DNA of 64,000 bases from Fidelibacterota bacterium. GTDB lineage: Bacteria; Fidelibacterota; Marinisomatia; Marinisomatales; TCS55. The position numbers were made by a program, and so were the translations under genes. Numbering within the stretch: the stretch's first letter is position 1; every line of letters starts with the position of its first letter. The stretch spans positions 473 through 64,472 of the forward strand of contig JBHHUS010000002.1 in the NCBI GenBank assembly GCA_046861615.1, written 5' to 3'. Below are positions 20,741 through 31,173 of this stretch, piece by piece. Under the pieces are notes generated by a model. The model saw only the letters and a list, made by a program, of their open reading frames with translations. It had not been told where the DNA came from and made no database searches.

Positions 20741-20954
20741 GGTAACAGACTTTTAACTATTAGTGATTCCTAAATGAGTAAATTTATTTACCTCCTAAAA
20801 TTGGAATATAAATAATAATTTTTGTTTTTAGTATGATCAAGAATAGTAAACAAAGCGTTTGATTTAGTTTAAAGTAAATATTAGACATTGATTGGAATTG
20901 CCACGGCCCTCATCTTACCGTAAACTTTCACTTAACAATTCAGGATAAAGAAAT

Positions 20955-22520
20955 ATGAAACGAACAACAGCCGGAATTATTGCATTTTCGATTATTGCAA
21001 TTCTTCTCTATGCTTTTGGAGTTGATTTTTTTGAAGCTATCTGGACTTTCCCATCAAAACGGGCGATTCCTTTCATGGTGATTGCTTTGGTTGGTACTGG
21101 GATATTCGTAACTATTAAACTGAGATGGCCCCAAATCAGTTATTTCTGGCACGGTGTTAAGGTTACGGCGGGGATTTATGACAATCCGGACGATGTGGGC
21201 GATTTAAATCATTTCCGGGCCCTGACTACAGCTCTCTCTGCAACGGTGGGGATTGGAAATATTGCCGGTGTAGCTACTGCCATTTATTACGGAGGCCCCG
21301 GAGCGCTTTTCTGGATGTGGGTCACTGCCTTTTTTGGAACAACGTTAAAATTTTCAGAATGCTCCCTTTCTTTGAAATACCGGGAAATCGACGAAGAAGG
21401 GTTTACCGCCGGTGGCCCCATGTACACAATTGAAAATGGTTTGGGAAAGCAATGGCGCTGGTTGTCGGTTTCTTTTGCTGCCTTTGCCATTATTTGTTCC
21501 TTTGCCACGGGGAATGCCATTCAGTCTTTTACTGTTTCCGATCAGATTTACTCTGAAATCTCCCAAATCATCGGTCCGGCTCATTTTCTGACCAAAAAAC
21601 ATCTTCTATTCGGCGGGTTTGAATTATCTGTGCAACAGGTAATAAATGGCCTCATATTAGCCGGAATCGTCGGAATGGTTATTATTGGTGGCATTAAACG
21701 AATTGGTCATGTAACCGGCTTTTTAGCGCCAATTATGGCGGTATTTTATGTTATTTCAGCAATGCTGATTCTATTAGCAACACTCGATAGTATTCCGGAA
21801 GCCCTGAATAAAGTTTTCAGTATGGCTTTTCATCCTCCGGCTGAAATCGCCGGAGTCGGGGGAGGCGGTTTCCTGGTTGTAATGAATACGATGCTCTGGG
21901 GTATTAAACGGGGGCTGTATTCCAACGAAGCCGGCCAAGGAAGTGCTGCCATTGCCCATTCCACGGCAAAAACCAAGTACCCGATTCGGGAAGGCTCCGT
22001 GGCCATGCTGGGGCCCTTTATTGACACGATTGTAATTTGTTCATTGACTGGGTTGGTTATTATTACCACCGGTGCCTGGCATCATACTGAATATTTTGTT
22101 ACACGCATTGATCCTTCTTTTAGCGGTGTGCTTCTCAACAGCAGCCTGCTGACTTCGGCAGCATTTAAAACCGGATTAGCCTGGATTTTCCCCTACGGGG
22201 ATAAAATCGTAACACTGTCAGTTCTGTTATTTGCGATTTCAACGGCCATCAGTTGGTCTTTTTACGGTGACCGGGCAACGGAGTACCTCTTTGGCAATAA
22301 GGCAATCAAACCTTACCGCTGGGTGTTCGTTTTCTTCGTTTTCATCGGCGCCATTGCCAGTCTGGAAGCAATTTGGGCTTTTGGAGATGCAGCCCTGGGT
22401 TTCATGACCCTTCCGAATTTGATTTCCATCATTCTATTGTCTACTGCCCTGCGCAAAATGACAAAAAATTATTTTTCGAAGGAACATATTCCCTACAAAC
22501 AGAAAATGATTCAGTCTTAG
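20955..22520 (+). CDS. Alanine/glycine:cation (sodium) symporter family transporter
   Basis: 521-aa polytopic ORF. The AGCS-type motifs F.AL.TALSATVGIGNIAGVATAI and GL.SNEAG.GSA are present. Confidence 0.88.
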   Translation: MKRTTAGIIAFSIIAILLYAFGVDFFEAIWTFPSKRAIPFMVIALVGTGIFVTIKLRWPQISYFWHGVKVTAGIYDNPDDVGDLNHFRALTTALSATVGIGNIAGVATAIYYGGPGALFWMWVTAFFGTTLKFSECSLSLKYREIDEEGFTAGGPMYTIENGLGKQWRWLSVSFAAFAIICSFATGNAIQSFTVSDQIYSEISQIIGPAHFLTKKHLLFGGFELSVQQVINGLILAGIVGMVIIGGIKRIGHVTGFLAPIMAVFYVISAMLILLATLDSIPEALNKVFSMAFHPPAEIAGVGGGGFLVVMNTMLWGIKRGLYSNEAGQGSAAIAHSTAKTKYPIREGSVAMLGPFIDTIVICSLTGLVIITTGAWHHTEYFVTRIDPSFSGVLLNSSLLTSAAFKTGLAWIFPYGDKIVTLSVLLFAISTAISWSFYGDRATEYLFGNKAIKPYRWVFVFFVFIGAIASLEAIWAFGDAALGFMTLPNLISIILLSTALRKMTKNYFSKEHIPYKQKMIQS

Positions 22521-22526
22521 TCAACC

Positions 22527-23336
22527 GTGTTTTCAACGTTACTTGAAGTCGCCTGCCGGGCAGCCCGGGAAGCAAGTGCTGCGATTCTAGCGGCTATGGA
22601 TAAACCACACCGGATTGATTTCAAAAGCTGGTCAAATCTGGTTACGGATACGGATCGCAAATCAGAAGCGATTATTATAAATACCCTTCAAAGCGAATTC
22701 CCCGACCACGGAATTCTGGCTGAAGAAAGCGAGCGGAAAAAGACTGATTCAGAATATCTTTGGGTGATTGATCCTCTGGACGGCACAACTAATTTTGTTC
22801 ATGGTTACCCTCCCTTTTCAGTATCAATCGGTTGTTTTAAAAACCAGCAACCTGTTCTTGGAGTTATTGTGGAATTACCTGCTAATCAACTGTATTCGGC
22901 AGTTGATCAAAAAGGCAGCTATTGGGAGAGCCAACGTATTCAAGTATCCTCTGTTTCAACCCTGGACCGCAGTCTGTTATTAACCGGGTTCGGTTATGAA
23001 CATGGATCGCTTTGGGAAGCAAATATGGATTTGTTCAAAACTTTAACAAATAAAACGCAGGGAGTACGTCGATTGGGTTCAGCCGCTGTTGACCTCTGCC
23101 ACGTCGCGCGGGGAATCATTGACGGATTTTGGGAATTCGATTTACACCCCTGGGATTCAGCAGCAGGAATCGTAATTCTTCAGGAGGCCGGTGGTACAGT
23201 AACCAGGATGGATGGAGAACCATTCAATATATTTGATCGCCAAATCTTAGCGACCAATGGCATCATTCATAAGGAATTATTGACATTTACTAAAACAAAA
23301 GTCCTTGAATTACATTCCTCCGGAATAACTGTCTGA
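22527..23336 (+). CDS. Inositol monophosphatase family protein (SuhB-like)
   Basis: 269-aa ORF with a GTG start. WVIDPLDGTTNF and WD.AAG motifs are present. Confidence 0.88.
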   Translation: MFSTLLEVACRAAREASAAILAAMDKPHRIDFKSWSNLVTDTDRKSEAIIINTLQSEFPDHGILAEESERKKTDSEYLWVIDPLDGTTNFVHGYPPFSVSIGCFKNQQPVLGVIVELPANQLYSAVDQKGSYWESQRIQVSSVSTLDRSLLLTGFGYEHGSLWEANMDLFKTLTNKTQGVRRLGSAAVDLCHVARGIIDGFWEFDLHPWDSAAGIVILQEAGGTVTRMDGEPFNIFDRQILATNGIIHKELLTFTKTKVLELHSSGITV

Positions 23337-23347
23337 TATAAACACTG

Positions 23348-23995
23348 TTATTGAACTTTATAAACTGCCAGCGTTTTTTCTCCGATTCCAATCTTACACC
23401 GATCACCTTTAGCGAGATTACCTACCCCCTCCGGTGTGCCGGTAAAGATCAGATCACCTTTTAAAACTGGAATATGTTGTAATAAATATCTTAGCAGTTC
23501 AGGAATCGAATACAGCATTTGATTACGATTACCCCGTTGTACGATTTGACCATTGATTTTAAACCAGAAATCCTGATTCCAGAGAGAGGAATGGGGATCA
23601 ATGAATTTCGTCACTACTGCCGCACCACTGAAAGATTTTGAAAACAACCACGGCAGTCGTTTTTCTTTTAAAGTCGTCTGAAAATTACGGTCGGTCAAAT
23701 CCAGCCCCAGAGCTAAGCCGGAGACTAAATTCAGTTCCTCCCCCGGGTTCACCGATTCGGTCATCGTTCCCACAAGCACTACAATTTCCAATTCATACTG
23801 AATAATTCGGTTCTTAGGTAATTTTATAATCGATCCGGTATTCAGCGCCGGAGTTGATTTTTGGAAAAAAAAAGGTTCATCCGGTACAAGATTATTCAAT
23901 TCCTTGGCATGGGCACGGTAATTACGACCGACACAATAAATATTGCGAACAGGAATAGAATTATCCTGCGGATCTTTGATTGAGTAATCCATCAT
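23348..23995 (-). CDS. Fumarylacetoacetate hydrolase family protein
   Basis: 215-aa ORF with an FAH-fold pattern (NY..HA.E......P..F.K..., E.E..VV.G, GDLIFTGTP.GVG). Confidence 0.82.
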   Translation of the reverse strand: MMDYSIKDPQDNSIPVRNIYCVGRNYRAHAKELNNLVPDEPFFFQKSTPALNTGSIIKLPKNRIIQYELEIVVLVGTMTESVNPGEELNLVSGLALGLDLTDRNFQTTLKEKRLPWLFSKSFSGAAVVTKFIDPHSSLWNQDFWFKINGQIVQRGNRNQMLYSIPELLRYLLQHIPVLKGDLIFTGTPEGVGNLAKGDRCKIGIGEKTLAVYKVQ

Positions 23996-25698
23996 TTGGA
24001 ATGTAAATCCTTTACTGCCAGTTTCACAATGTCGTTAAACGTATAGAGACCATCTGCGGTGACCCGCCCGATGGTTGTACTGGGCACACCAATGTTCATG
24101 CAAATTCGTTCAAATTCCATCAGATCGTCTTCAGTGATGGAAATCAAGGTCAAACCCTGGGTTTCACCAAATAACAATTCTTCTGGAGATAATTTCCGGG
24201 AATAATGAATTCTAGCCCCTATAGCTGAATTTTGATTCAACAATGCTTTGGCAATCGTAACAGCCAAACCACCACCTGAAACAGATCGTGCTGATTGAAT
24301 CAAGCCAGCTTGTATTCCCGTTAAAACGGCTTCTTGAATTCGGGATTCCATATTCAAATCCAGAGTTGGATGAACACCATGGTTGGAAGTGGACAGATGT
24401 TTTAAAAATAAACTGGTGCCTAATTCGCCCCGGTGACTGCCAAGAATTGAAATGAAATCACCAGAGCGTTGAAAATGTTGAGGGAAACGCTTTTGCTTAA
24501 TAAACAAACCGGCGGCTGCAACCCGGCATTGAATGCCGTCTTGCTTTTTAGTCGCCACTACCGAATTTGACATTTGAATGTTTAAATGATCGGCAGCTTT
24601 TTTCAGACCTTGAATTAATTCCGTTAATTTATTCGAACGTTTATTGGAAAGAATCAGGGCAGTTGCTGATTCCGGTTTTATCCCGCGACAAACCAATCGC
24701 CGGACAGCGCTGGAAAGAAAAGCCATGCCCCGTATTCCAGGATCGGAGATTTCAAGATGATCGTTATCATTCAAGGCAATACCAAATCCTTTTCCGCTTC
24801 TCAAGTTCCCAAAAACAACCTGTGATTCGATAAGCAGTTTAGCAGGAGCAACAACTGGATTCTCCCGGGATTGGGTCAAATGGACCAAGTTCTGAATGGC
24901 TGCTGAATAGTCCTTGATTTTAACTTTGGAATGCGTCTGGGAAACAGGAGCTGTTTTTATTTCCCTGTATGCGGTGTCTGCGTTTTGATTCCCTAATAGA
25001 GTTGTTATAATTGATTTTTGAATCCTGACTTTTTTTATCCCATCCTGCTCAAATGAGACCATTCCATCTTCCGTCAGGTGTCCCAACGAAAAAACCGAGC
25101 AACCTGTTGCTTCCCCCTGTTGACTCAATTCCTGATCAAATCCACCTTGCACCACAGTTAGAATACCCGCCTTTCGATGATTAAAAAACTCATCCTGCCC
25201 TTGAAATCCATTTAAACAGATACCGGTTGTACTTTGATCATGAGAAACTAATTTCAAGATCGAAAGCGGTAGTCCATTTTTAAACACTGGTTCAAGACTC
25301 ATTACTTCAGAACGGGAATATATTGATTTGACAAATTGCAGTAAGGATCTGCTTTTCTGAACAAAGAGCAATGTTCCATCCGTGACATTGATATCTGTTT
25401 TCGGTTGGAAAAGACGTTCCCCACCGATGATGGTTCCCAGATTTATCTTTAGCGTCAATCGTTTATCATATCCGCCGGCAATACACGATAATAATCCATC
25501 TGTCTTCAGAGGATCACTGGGATTCTGGCCGGCAAGTAAAATCATTGCACTATATTTATTTCTCCCGGATTCAATTATTGCCAATTCATTGCGCCATTTT
25601 AATAACGGTTTGCATACCAGAAATAAATTATTCAGAAAGGTAACTTCCTCCGGATTAGGGGTGCGTCCCAGGCTTTGTTTAATCCTTCTAAGATCCAT
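23992..25698 (-). CDS. PurL/AIR-synthase-related protein, apparently degenerate (active-site motifs not conserved)
   Basis: 568-aa ORF. The C-terminal half resembles the second half of FGAM synthase II (GDFISILG...ELGTSLFLK, SARSVSGGGLAVTIAK, LLFGETQG, IGRVT). The canonical SEHCSYK and HD.SDGG motifs are replaced. Confidence 0.6.
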   Translation of the reverse strand: MDLRRIKQSLGRTPNPEEVTFLNNLFLVCKPLLKWRNELAIIESGRNKYSAMILLAGQNPSDPLKTDGLLSCIAGGYDKRLTLKINLGTIIGGERLFQPKTDINVTDGTLLFVQKSRSLLQFVKSIYSRSEVMSLEPVFKNGLPLSILKLVSHDQSTTGICLNGFQGQDEFFNHRKAGILTVVQGGFDQELSQQGEATGCSVFSLGHLTEDGMVSFEQDGIKKVRIQKSIITTLLGNQNADTAYREIKTAPVSQTHSKVKIKDYSAAIQNLVHLTQSRENPVVAPAKLLIESQVVFGNLRSGKGFGIALNDNDHLEISDPGIRGMAFLSSAVRRLVCRGIKPESATALILSNKRSNKLTELIQGLKKAADHLNIQMSNSVVATKKQDGIQCRVAAAGLFIKQKRFPQHFQRSGDFISILGSHRGELGTSLFLKHLSTSNHGVHPTLDLNMESRIQEAVLTGIQAGLIQSARSVSGGGLAVTIAKALLNQNSAIGARIHYSRKLSPEELLFGETQGLTLISITEDDLMEFERICMNIGVPSTTIGRVTADGLYTFNDIVKLAVKDLHSK

Positions 25699-25737
25699 AT
25701 TCCGATTCTTTCAACGACTCACTCAATTACTAAATAA

Positions 25738-26430
25738 TTACAGGTTCCCGGAATTAAGAATTCCCTGGTCAAGAAGCGCATTTTTAATGGAATCCCAGGG
25801 AAACCCCTTACGCCGTAAATACTGAACTAAACGGTTTCTTTCTTTCGGAGTTAATTTCTTCCCGGCTTGAAACCTCTTTTTTTGTAAGTGGTATTTGATT
25901 AAATCATTTATCGGAAATTCTCGGTAAATCGTTTCAATAGATTGATTCAGTAAATCCTGAGGAAAATTATGGGGAAACATGGCAACTTTCAGCGCCACTG
26001 GACCGATTTTATTATTTTTAACCTTGTCCAATACAAACGCCCGGGCAAATTCTTTGTCATCTAAATACCCATCCTTAATTAAACCCTGAATTACCAATTT
26101 TACCGCTTCTGCTTTAAAACCTTTTTTTAACAGTCTTGATTTAAGTTCTGTGACACTTCTCATCCGGTAACTTAACAAATTGAAAGCAGCCTCCCGAATC
26201 GCCTGCAGGTTTATTTTTTCAGTTATCTCTTCCAGAGTTGCAGAGGACAAAGTATCTCCGGAATGTAAAGGATGCTTAATAAAAACGTCTTCAGTAACTC
26301 TGAAGACGTCTCCATTGTCCAATGTTACGATCCGTCGTTTTGGATTCCGTTTAGAAACAACGACGGAAATAATTTTATGCTTCTTCACTCTTTTTTGATT
26401 GTTTATCCAATCCAATGAATTTTTTAACAT
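25738..26430 (-). CDS. recX: Recombination regulator RecX
   Basis: 230-aa ORF downstream of recA with three-helix-repeat RecX-like sequence (A..LLSYR.RS..EL..RL.KKGF). The start is uncertain because the ORF overlaps the recA 3' end. Confidence 0.8.
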   Translation of the reverse strand: MLKNSLDWINNQKRVKKHKIISVVVSKRNPKRRIVTLDNGDVFRVTEDVFIKHPLHSGDTLSSATLEEITEKINLQAIREAAFNLLSYRMRSVTELKSRLLKKGFKAEAVKLVIQGLIKDGYLDDKEFARAFVLDKVKNNKIGPVALKVAMFPHNFPQDLLNQSIETIYREFPINDLIKYHLQKKRFQAGKKLTPKERNRLVQYLRRKGFPWDSIKNALLDQGILNSGNL

Positions 26431-27400
26431 GACTTACGATTTTGTTACGAACATCGGGGTTTTCTTTCAAGAAATTTTTCGCATTTTCCCGGCCCTGTCC
26501 GATTTTCATATCATCAAATGAAAACCAGGATCCCATTTTCTGTACGATGTCTCCTTTAATGGCTAGGTCCAGAATATCGCCTTCAGTGGAAATTCCCTGG
26601 TCATACATCAGATCAAATTCAGTTTGTTTAAAAGGAGGCGCAACTTTGTTCTTAACCACTTTCACCCGAACGCGACTACCGATTGAATTGGTACCTTCCT
26701 TGATAGTAGTAATACGACGGATATCCAAGCGAATGGAAGTATAAAATTTCAGAGCCCGGCCACCAGGCGTGGTTTCCGGATTTCCGAACATTACACCGAT
26801 TTTTTCCCTGATCTGATTAATGAATACCACCGCCGTATTTGATCGATTAACCGTTCCGGTTAATTTTCGCAGGGCTTGTGACATGAGCCGGGCTTGAAGC
26901 CCAACGTGTGTATCTCCCATTTCCCCCTCCAGCTCTGCTCGTGGAACCAGTGCGGCAACTGAATCAATCACGATAATATCCAGGGCGCCGCTGCGCACCA
27001 GTGTTTCCGTAATCTCTAACGCCTGTTCACCGGTATCCGGTTGCGAAACCAGTAATTCATCCGTGTTAACACCCAATTTTTTAGCGTATTCCGGATCCAT
27101 AGCATGTTCAGCATCAATAAAAGCTGCATAACCAGATTTTTGAGCTTCAGCAACAAAGTGTAACGCCAGGGTTGTTTTACCGGAAGATTCCGGACCAAAG
27201 ATTTCAATAATTCGACCCCGGGGAATTCCACCGACTCCCAGGGCAACATCTAATGACAGACATCCGCTGGAAATGACATTATCCATAATTAACGGACGAT
27301 CGGAGCCCAATCGCATAATGGACCCTTTTCCAAACTGCCGATCTACCTGGGCAATGGCTAATTCCAGAGCTTTGGTTTTTTTATCATTATTTGCAGGCAT
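26375..27400 (-). CDS. recA: Recombinase RecA
   Basis: 341-aa ORF. Walker [10 protein letters not shown] and RecA-typical sequence throughout ([15 protein letters not shown]). Confidence 0.98.
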   Translation of the reverse strand: MPANNDKKTKALELAIAQVDRQFGKGSIMRLGSDRPLIMDNVISSGCLSLDVALGVGGIPRGRIIEIFGPESSGKTTLALHFVAEAQKSGYAAFIDAEHAMDPEYAKKLGVNTDELLVSQPDTGEQALEITETLVRSGALDIIVIDSVAALVPRAELEGEMGDTHVGLQARLMSQALRKLTGTVNRSNTAVVFINQIREKIGVMFGNPETTPGGRALKFYTSIRLDIRRITTIKEGTNSIGSRVRVKVVKNKVAPPFKQTEFDLMYDQGISTEGDILDLAIKGDIVQKMGSWFSFDDMKIGQGRENAKNFLKENPDVRNKIVSHVKKFIGLDKQSKKSEEA

Positions 27401-27411
27401 TGTTGATACTC

Positions 27412-27993
27412 CTAAATTGAATTATTACCAAAAAAATGAGTACTTAAAATAGAATAAACTGGCCCATTTGAAAAGAGTTCGCTGGAAATAAACTGAATCT
27501 TATTCACCGCTACAGGAATTGGATCAAAAGATATGTTTAAAAAGGAAGTAATATCAGGAGTTTTCTTTTGCGGGTAACGAATTCGGGCAATAGTGAGATG
27601 AGGAACAAATGATTTTTCCTCCACTAAAAATCCCAGCGGTTCCAACCCACTATTTATCTGATTAACCAGGTTTTTTAAATGATCCAGATCCCCTTCTATC
27701 CCCATCCACAACACCCGGGGCCGTTCCGGTTTTGGGAAACAACCCGTGTTACAAATCGATAGATTGAAGGCTGATTGCGGTTTAACTAACTTTGCGAAAA
27801 CTGAACGAACATCCTCGACTGATGATTCCGGTGTATAGCCTAAAAACTTTAAGGTAAGATGCATCAGATCAGAACGTACCCATTTGATCTTTAAACCAGA
27901 TCCTGGAACTGTTGCTTTTAATTTCGCATAAACCGGACGTATCGTTTCCGGAATTGGAATAGCTACAAAGGTCCGCAGCAGAATATCACGCAT
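27412..27993 (-). CDS. thpR: RNA 2',3'-cyclic phosphodiesterase (2'-5' RNA ligase family, ThpR/LigT)
   Basis: 193-aa ORF with two HxTx motifs (HLTLKF and HLTIAR) at typical 2H-phosphoesterase spacing. Confidence 0.85.
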   Translation of the reverse strand: MRDILLRTFVAIPIPETIRPVYAKLKATVPGSGLKIKWVRSDLMHLTLKFLGYTPESSVEDVRSVFAKLVKPQSAFNLSICNTGCFPKPERPRVLWMGIEGDLDHLKNLVNQINSGLEPLGFLVEEKSFVPHLTIARIRYPQKKTPDITSFLNISFDPIPVAVNKIQFISSELFSNGPVYSILSTHFFGNNSI

Positions 27994-29206
27994 CCAGTAA
28001 ATATCTCCGTATAATATTCAAGGCGGCCTGACTAGTCATGAGTTTGTTGGTTTTTCTATCTGTGGTAAACCTGAATTCCCAGGTTTTGACACCACTACTG
28101 TAGGCCAAACCCACATAGACCAAACCCACTGGTTTCAGTTCTGTACCTCCTGTTGGTCCGGCAATACCGGTTGTTGATAAACCCAGATCGGTCTGAACAA
28201 GATCCCGCATGCCAAGGGCCATTTCAGCAGCCGTCTCCGGACTCACTGCTCCCACTGAATCAAGAGTTGATTTTTTCACTCCCAGGAGCGACATTTTTAC
28301 TTCATTACTATAGGCAACTACGCCACCGCGCATATAATCAGAACTTCCGGATGTATTAGTGATCCGGTCACCAATCAACCCTCCGGTACAGGATTCAGCC
28401 GTGGCAATAGTAAATTGTTTCTCACGAAGTAACGCTCCGACCGCATCCTCTAATTCGGTAGAATCGTTCCCATAATAGTATTTAGATATTTTGGGTCTGA
28501 TTTGATCAATAAACCCATTTAATTGCTTCTGATCGTCAGCTCTGATTCGTAGGTCCACACCGGTCATTTTTGGCAGGAAGGCAAATTCAATCGACGGGGA
28601 AGTCTTTAAATCATGATCCAGTTTCTGATACAAGGCTGATTCCATAATACCAGTTGTCCGTAATAAAATAGTCGCAATCCGATCATGGGAGTGATCACTA
28701 ATCCACGGTAATACTGTATTTTTCATCATAGCTTGCATTTCCGCAGGGACACCGGGCATGGCAAATAACTGGAAATCAGGATGGGTGAAATGCAGACCTC
28801 GTGCTGTGCCTACCGGATTAGGAATGACATTCCCCTTATCGGGGCGAAAGGCCTGATTTCGGTTCGATTCTGGAATCGTTTTACCTCGGCGTACAAATTT
28901 TTCAGTTAACTCTTCCCAGTATTCCGAATCAAAGACCGGTTCGGACTCAAAATATTCATACAGGGCCAAAGGCGTAATATCATCATGAGTAGGTCCTAGG
29001 CCACCGGTAGTCAGAATAACATCAACGGTTGAAAGATTATTGTTGAGGGCTCTTAAAATTGATTCTTTCTGATCATCAACGGTCAAATGCCAGATTACCT
29101 GCGCCCCGACACCGATAACAGCATTTCCAATCCAGGCCGCATTGGTATCAACCCGCGTTCCATTTAGTAATTCTGTTCCAATAGTGATTAGGCCAATTCT
29201 TATCAT
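27986..29206 (-). CDS. cinA: Competence/damage-inducible protein CinA (MoCF-binding + PncC nicotinamide-nucleotide amidase domains)
   Basis: The ORF extends to 29236, but the start was chosen at MIRIGLITIGTELL, which gives an ATGA overlap with the pgpA stop. CinA N- and C-domain motifs are present (TTGGLGPT.DD ; ESCTGG). Confidence 0.9.
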   Translation of the reverse strand: MIRIGLITIGTELLNGTRVDTNAAWIGNAVIGVGAQVIWHLTVDDQKESILRALNNNLSTVDVILTTGGLGPTHDDITPLALYEYFESEPVFDSEYWEELTEKFVRRGKTIPESNRNQAFRPDKGNVIPNPVGTARGLHFTHPDFQLFAMPGVPAEMQAMMKNTVLPWISDHSHDRIATILLRTTGIMESALYQKLDHDLKTSPSIEFAFLPKMTGVDLRIRADDQKQLNGFIDQIRPKISKYYYGNDSTELEDAVGALLREKQFTIATAESCTGGLIGDRITNTSGSSDYMRGGVVAYSNEVKMSLLGVKKSTLDSVGAVSPETAAEMALGMRDLVQTDLGLSTTGIAGPTGGTELKPVGLVYVGLAYSSGVKTWEFRFTTDRKTNKLMTSQAALNIIRRYLLDA

Positions 29207-29658
29207 GTGAAAATAAACCGGTAACCTTGTAAACAAATCACTGTCAACACGCCGGCAGCGGCATCATCGGCCATGATTCCCCAACCACCGGATAAAGATT
29301 CTAAATTTCTTACAGGTGGAGGTTTCAAAATATCGAAAATTCGGAACAGGATAAAACCACTTACGGCGAACTTCCAGTCAATGGGAATTCCAATAAAACA
29401 AATCCATTGGCCGGCCCATTCATCGATCACAATTCGGGGTGGGTCTTGCTCCTTGGAATCATGCACCAAAACATCCGATGCATAGACACCGATAAAAAAT
29501 ATAACCAGAACCGCTATCGGAAGCAGAAAGACTAATTCAGACCTGAAGAAAAAAAACCACGTTCCGGTAGCAATTAAACTGCACCAGGTTCCCGGCGCCA
29601 GGGGAAGTTTACCGATAAAAAATACAGTGGAAATCCATTCAGCCGTACCCCGATTCAT
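29203..29658 (-). CDS. pgpA: Phosphatidylglycerophosphatase A
   Basis: 151-aa membrane ORF with PgpA-like motifs (GTWCS, DEWAGQ, FRIFDI.KPPP). Confidence 0.85.
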   Translation of the reverse strand: MNRGTAEWISTVFFIGKLPLAPGTWCSLIATGTWFFFFRSELVFLLPIAVLVIFFIGVYASDVLVHDSKEQDPPRIVIDEWAGQWICFIGIPIDWKFAVSGFILFRIFDILKPPPVRNLESLSGGWGIMADDAAAGVLTVICLQGYRFIFT

Positions 29659-29664
29659 AAGTAA

Positions 29665-30249
29665 TCAGATAAATATTTTTTTCAAAGTCGCTCGATTGTC
29701 GTACAGGTAAACCAGTCCCGTATAGACAGTAAAAAAAGTAACCAGTAATGTTAAATAATAAATAATCCTGAATTCCTTCATAAAACTAATAATCATTCTC
29801 AGCGGTTCGAGATGTAATCCTTTCATTCCTAATAACACTAAGGTAAGAATGATGAGCGTCACCTGAAAGGTGGTTTTCATTTTAGCGATTCTGCTCGTGA
29901 GCATTGTGAATCCTTTAGCGGATATTATCATACGTAACCCAGTTACAAATAAGTCACGGAAAATGATTAATCCGACCATCCAAAAATCGATCAGCCCCAT
30001 CACAGCAAAGGAGATAAAAGCAGAAGATACCAGGATTTTATCAGCTAAGGGGTCCAGGAAGCGGCCGGAGTCAGTTATTGCATTGTATTTCCGGGCATAA
30101 TAACCATCATAGGCATCGGTAGTGGAGGCAATAACGAAAATGACCAGAGCCCAGATTTTTGCAAAGGGAAAATCAGCAAATAGACAAACAATAAAAAAGG
30201 GCGTTAAAAGGATACGGAGAATGGTTAATATATTAGGAACGGTCATCAT
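29665..30249 (-). CDS. pgsA: CDP-diacylglycerol--glycerol-3-phosphate 3-phosphatidyltransferase
   Basis: 194-aa membrane ORF with the CDP-alcohol phosphatidyltransferase motif D.YDGYYARK...G..LDPLADK. Confidence 0.9.
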   Translation of the reverse strand: MMTVPNILTILRILLTPFFIVCLFADFPFAKIWALVIFVIASTTDAYDGYYARKYNAITDSGRFLDPLADKILVSSAFISFAVMGLIDFWMVGLIIFRDLFVTGLRMIISAKGFTMLTSRIAKMKTTFQVTLIILTLVLLGMKGLHLEPLRMIISFMKEFRIIYYLTLLVTFFTVYTGLVYLYDNRATLKKIFI

Positions 30250-30839
30250 AGTTCGGTTCTTCCCTCCATGGCTCGGTGGATAGTGGCATCATCGATGTAT
30301 TCGAGTTCACCTCCAACTGGAATTCCCCTGGCCAGGCGGGTTACTTTCACATCTTTATCATTTAATAACTTAGCGATATACAACGCTGTAGTTTCGCCTT
30401 CAATGCTTGGATTGGTGGCGATAACGACTTCCGATCCCTTTTTAATACGTTTTAACAGTGAATTAATGTTCAAATCGTCCGGCCCGACCCCGTCCAGTGG
30501 AGACAAAACCCCACCCAACACGTGATAAAGACCGCGAAAAATGTTGGCCTTTTCAAAAACATAAATATCGGCGGCATCTTCCACAATGCAGATGATAGAA
30601 TCATCCCGCTTTACGTCAGAACATATGAAGCAGGGGTCTTCCTCCGTAATGCCTCCGCAGAGAGAACAGAATTGAATTTTAGTTTTCATATCCATGATTG
30701 CCTGAGCCAGATCAATCGCCTGTTCATTACTTGAATTTAACAGATGAAATGCCATCCGCTGGGCAGTCTTTCGCCCGACTCCCGGGAAACGAGTAAATGC
30801 TTCGATCAGTTTATTGATACTTTCCGGAATAGAACCCAT
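30246..30839 (-). CDS. recR: Recombination protein RecR
   Basis: 197-aa ORF. HhH N-terminus (PGVG.KTAQR), Cys4 zinc finger (CSLCGG...CFIC) and Toprim region. Confidence 0.95.
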   Translation of the reverse strand: MGSIPESINKLIEAFTRFPGVGRKTAQRMAFHLLNSSNEQAIDLAQAIMDMKTKIQFCSLCGGITEEDPCFICSDVKRDDSIICIVEDAADIYVFEKANIFRGLYHVLGGVLSPLDGVGPDDLNINSLLKRIKKGSEVVIATNPSIEGETTALYIAKLLNDKDVKVTRLARGIPVGGELEYIDDATIHRAMEGRTEL

Positions 30840-31165
30840 TACATACCCGGCATTTTTAAGCCACTCAACATTCCACCTGTAACACTATTCATTCGATTCT
30901 GGCTTTCCGCCTGAGCCTTTGTAATCGCTTTATTGACTGCAGATATAATTAAATCTTCGATTAAATCTTTCTCTTCATTGAGTACTTCCTCGCTGAGGTC
31001 CAGTTTAAGCAATTCTAATTTACCGTTAATCGTAACTTTCACCATTCCACCACCAGTTTCTGTCTCCAGGTGTAGATCTTCCAGTTCATTTTGAACAGTC
31101 TCAATCCTCTTTTGGACTTCCTGAGCCTGTTTTAAAATTTTTGACATGTTTCCTTTATTTAACAT
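30839..31165 (-). CDS. ybaB: Nucleoid-associated protein YbaB/EbfC
   Basis: 108-aa ORF between dnaX and recR with the typical YbaB pattern (Q...Q......L......E...GGG.V.V..NG). Confidence 0.9.
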   Translation of the reverse strand: MLNKGNMSKILKQAQEVQKRIETVQNELEDLHLETETGGGMVKVTINGKLELLKLDLSEEVLNEEKDLIEDLIISAVNKAITKAQAESQNRMNSVTGGMLSGLKMPGM

Positions 31166-31173
31166 AATTACTC

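Noticed and set aside
20741-20954. Possible glycine or other riboswitch in the 214-bp leader of the alanine/glycine:cation symporter
   Set aside because: The region is AT-rich with no GGAGAG...CACCG-type conserved cores or convincing stems. It is more likely just a divergent promoter region.
25382-25825. 147-aa plus-strand ORF bridging the PurL-like and recX genes
   Set aside because: It is antisense to two supported minus-strand genes and has no features of its own. The same reasoning applies to the many 60-140-aa alternative-frame ORFs nested in pnp, nusA, comEC, the histidine kinase gene and others.
26375-26430. 56-nt recA/recX overlap as a sign of a frameshift or fusion
   Set aside because: Both reading frames are intact and are distinct proteins. 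recX probably starts at a downstream codon (for example the GTG near 26388). The overlap reflects the longest-ORF convention.
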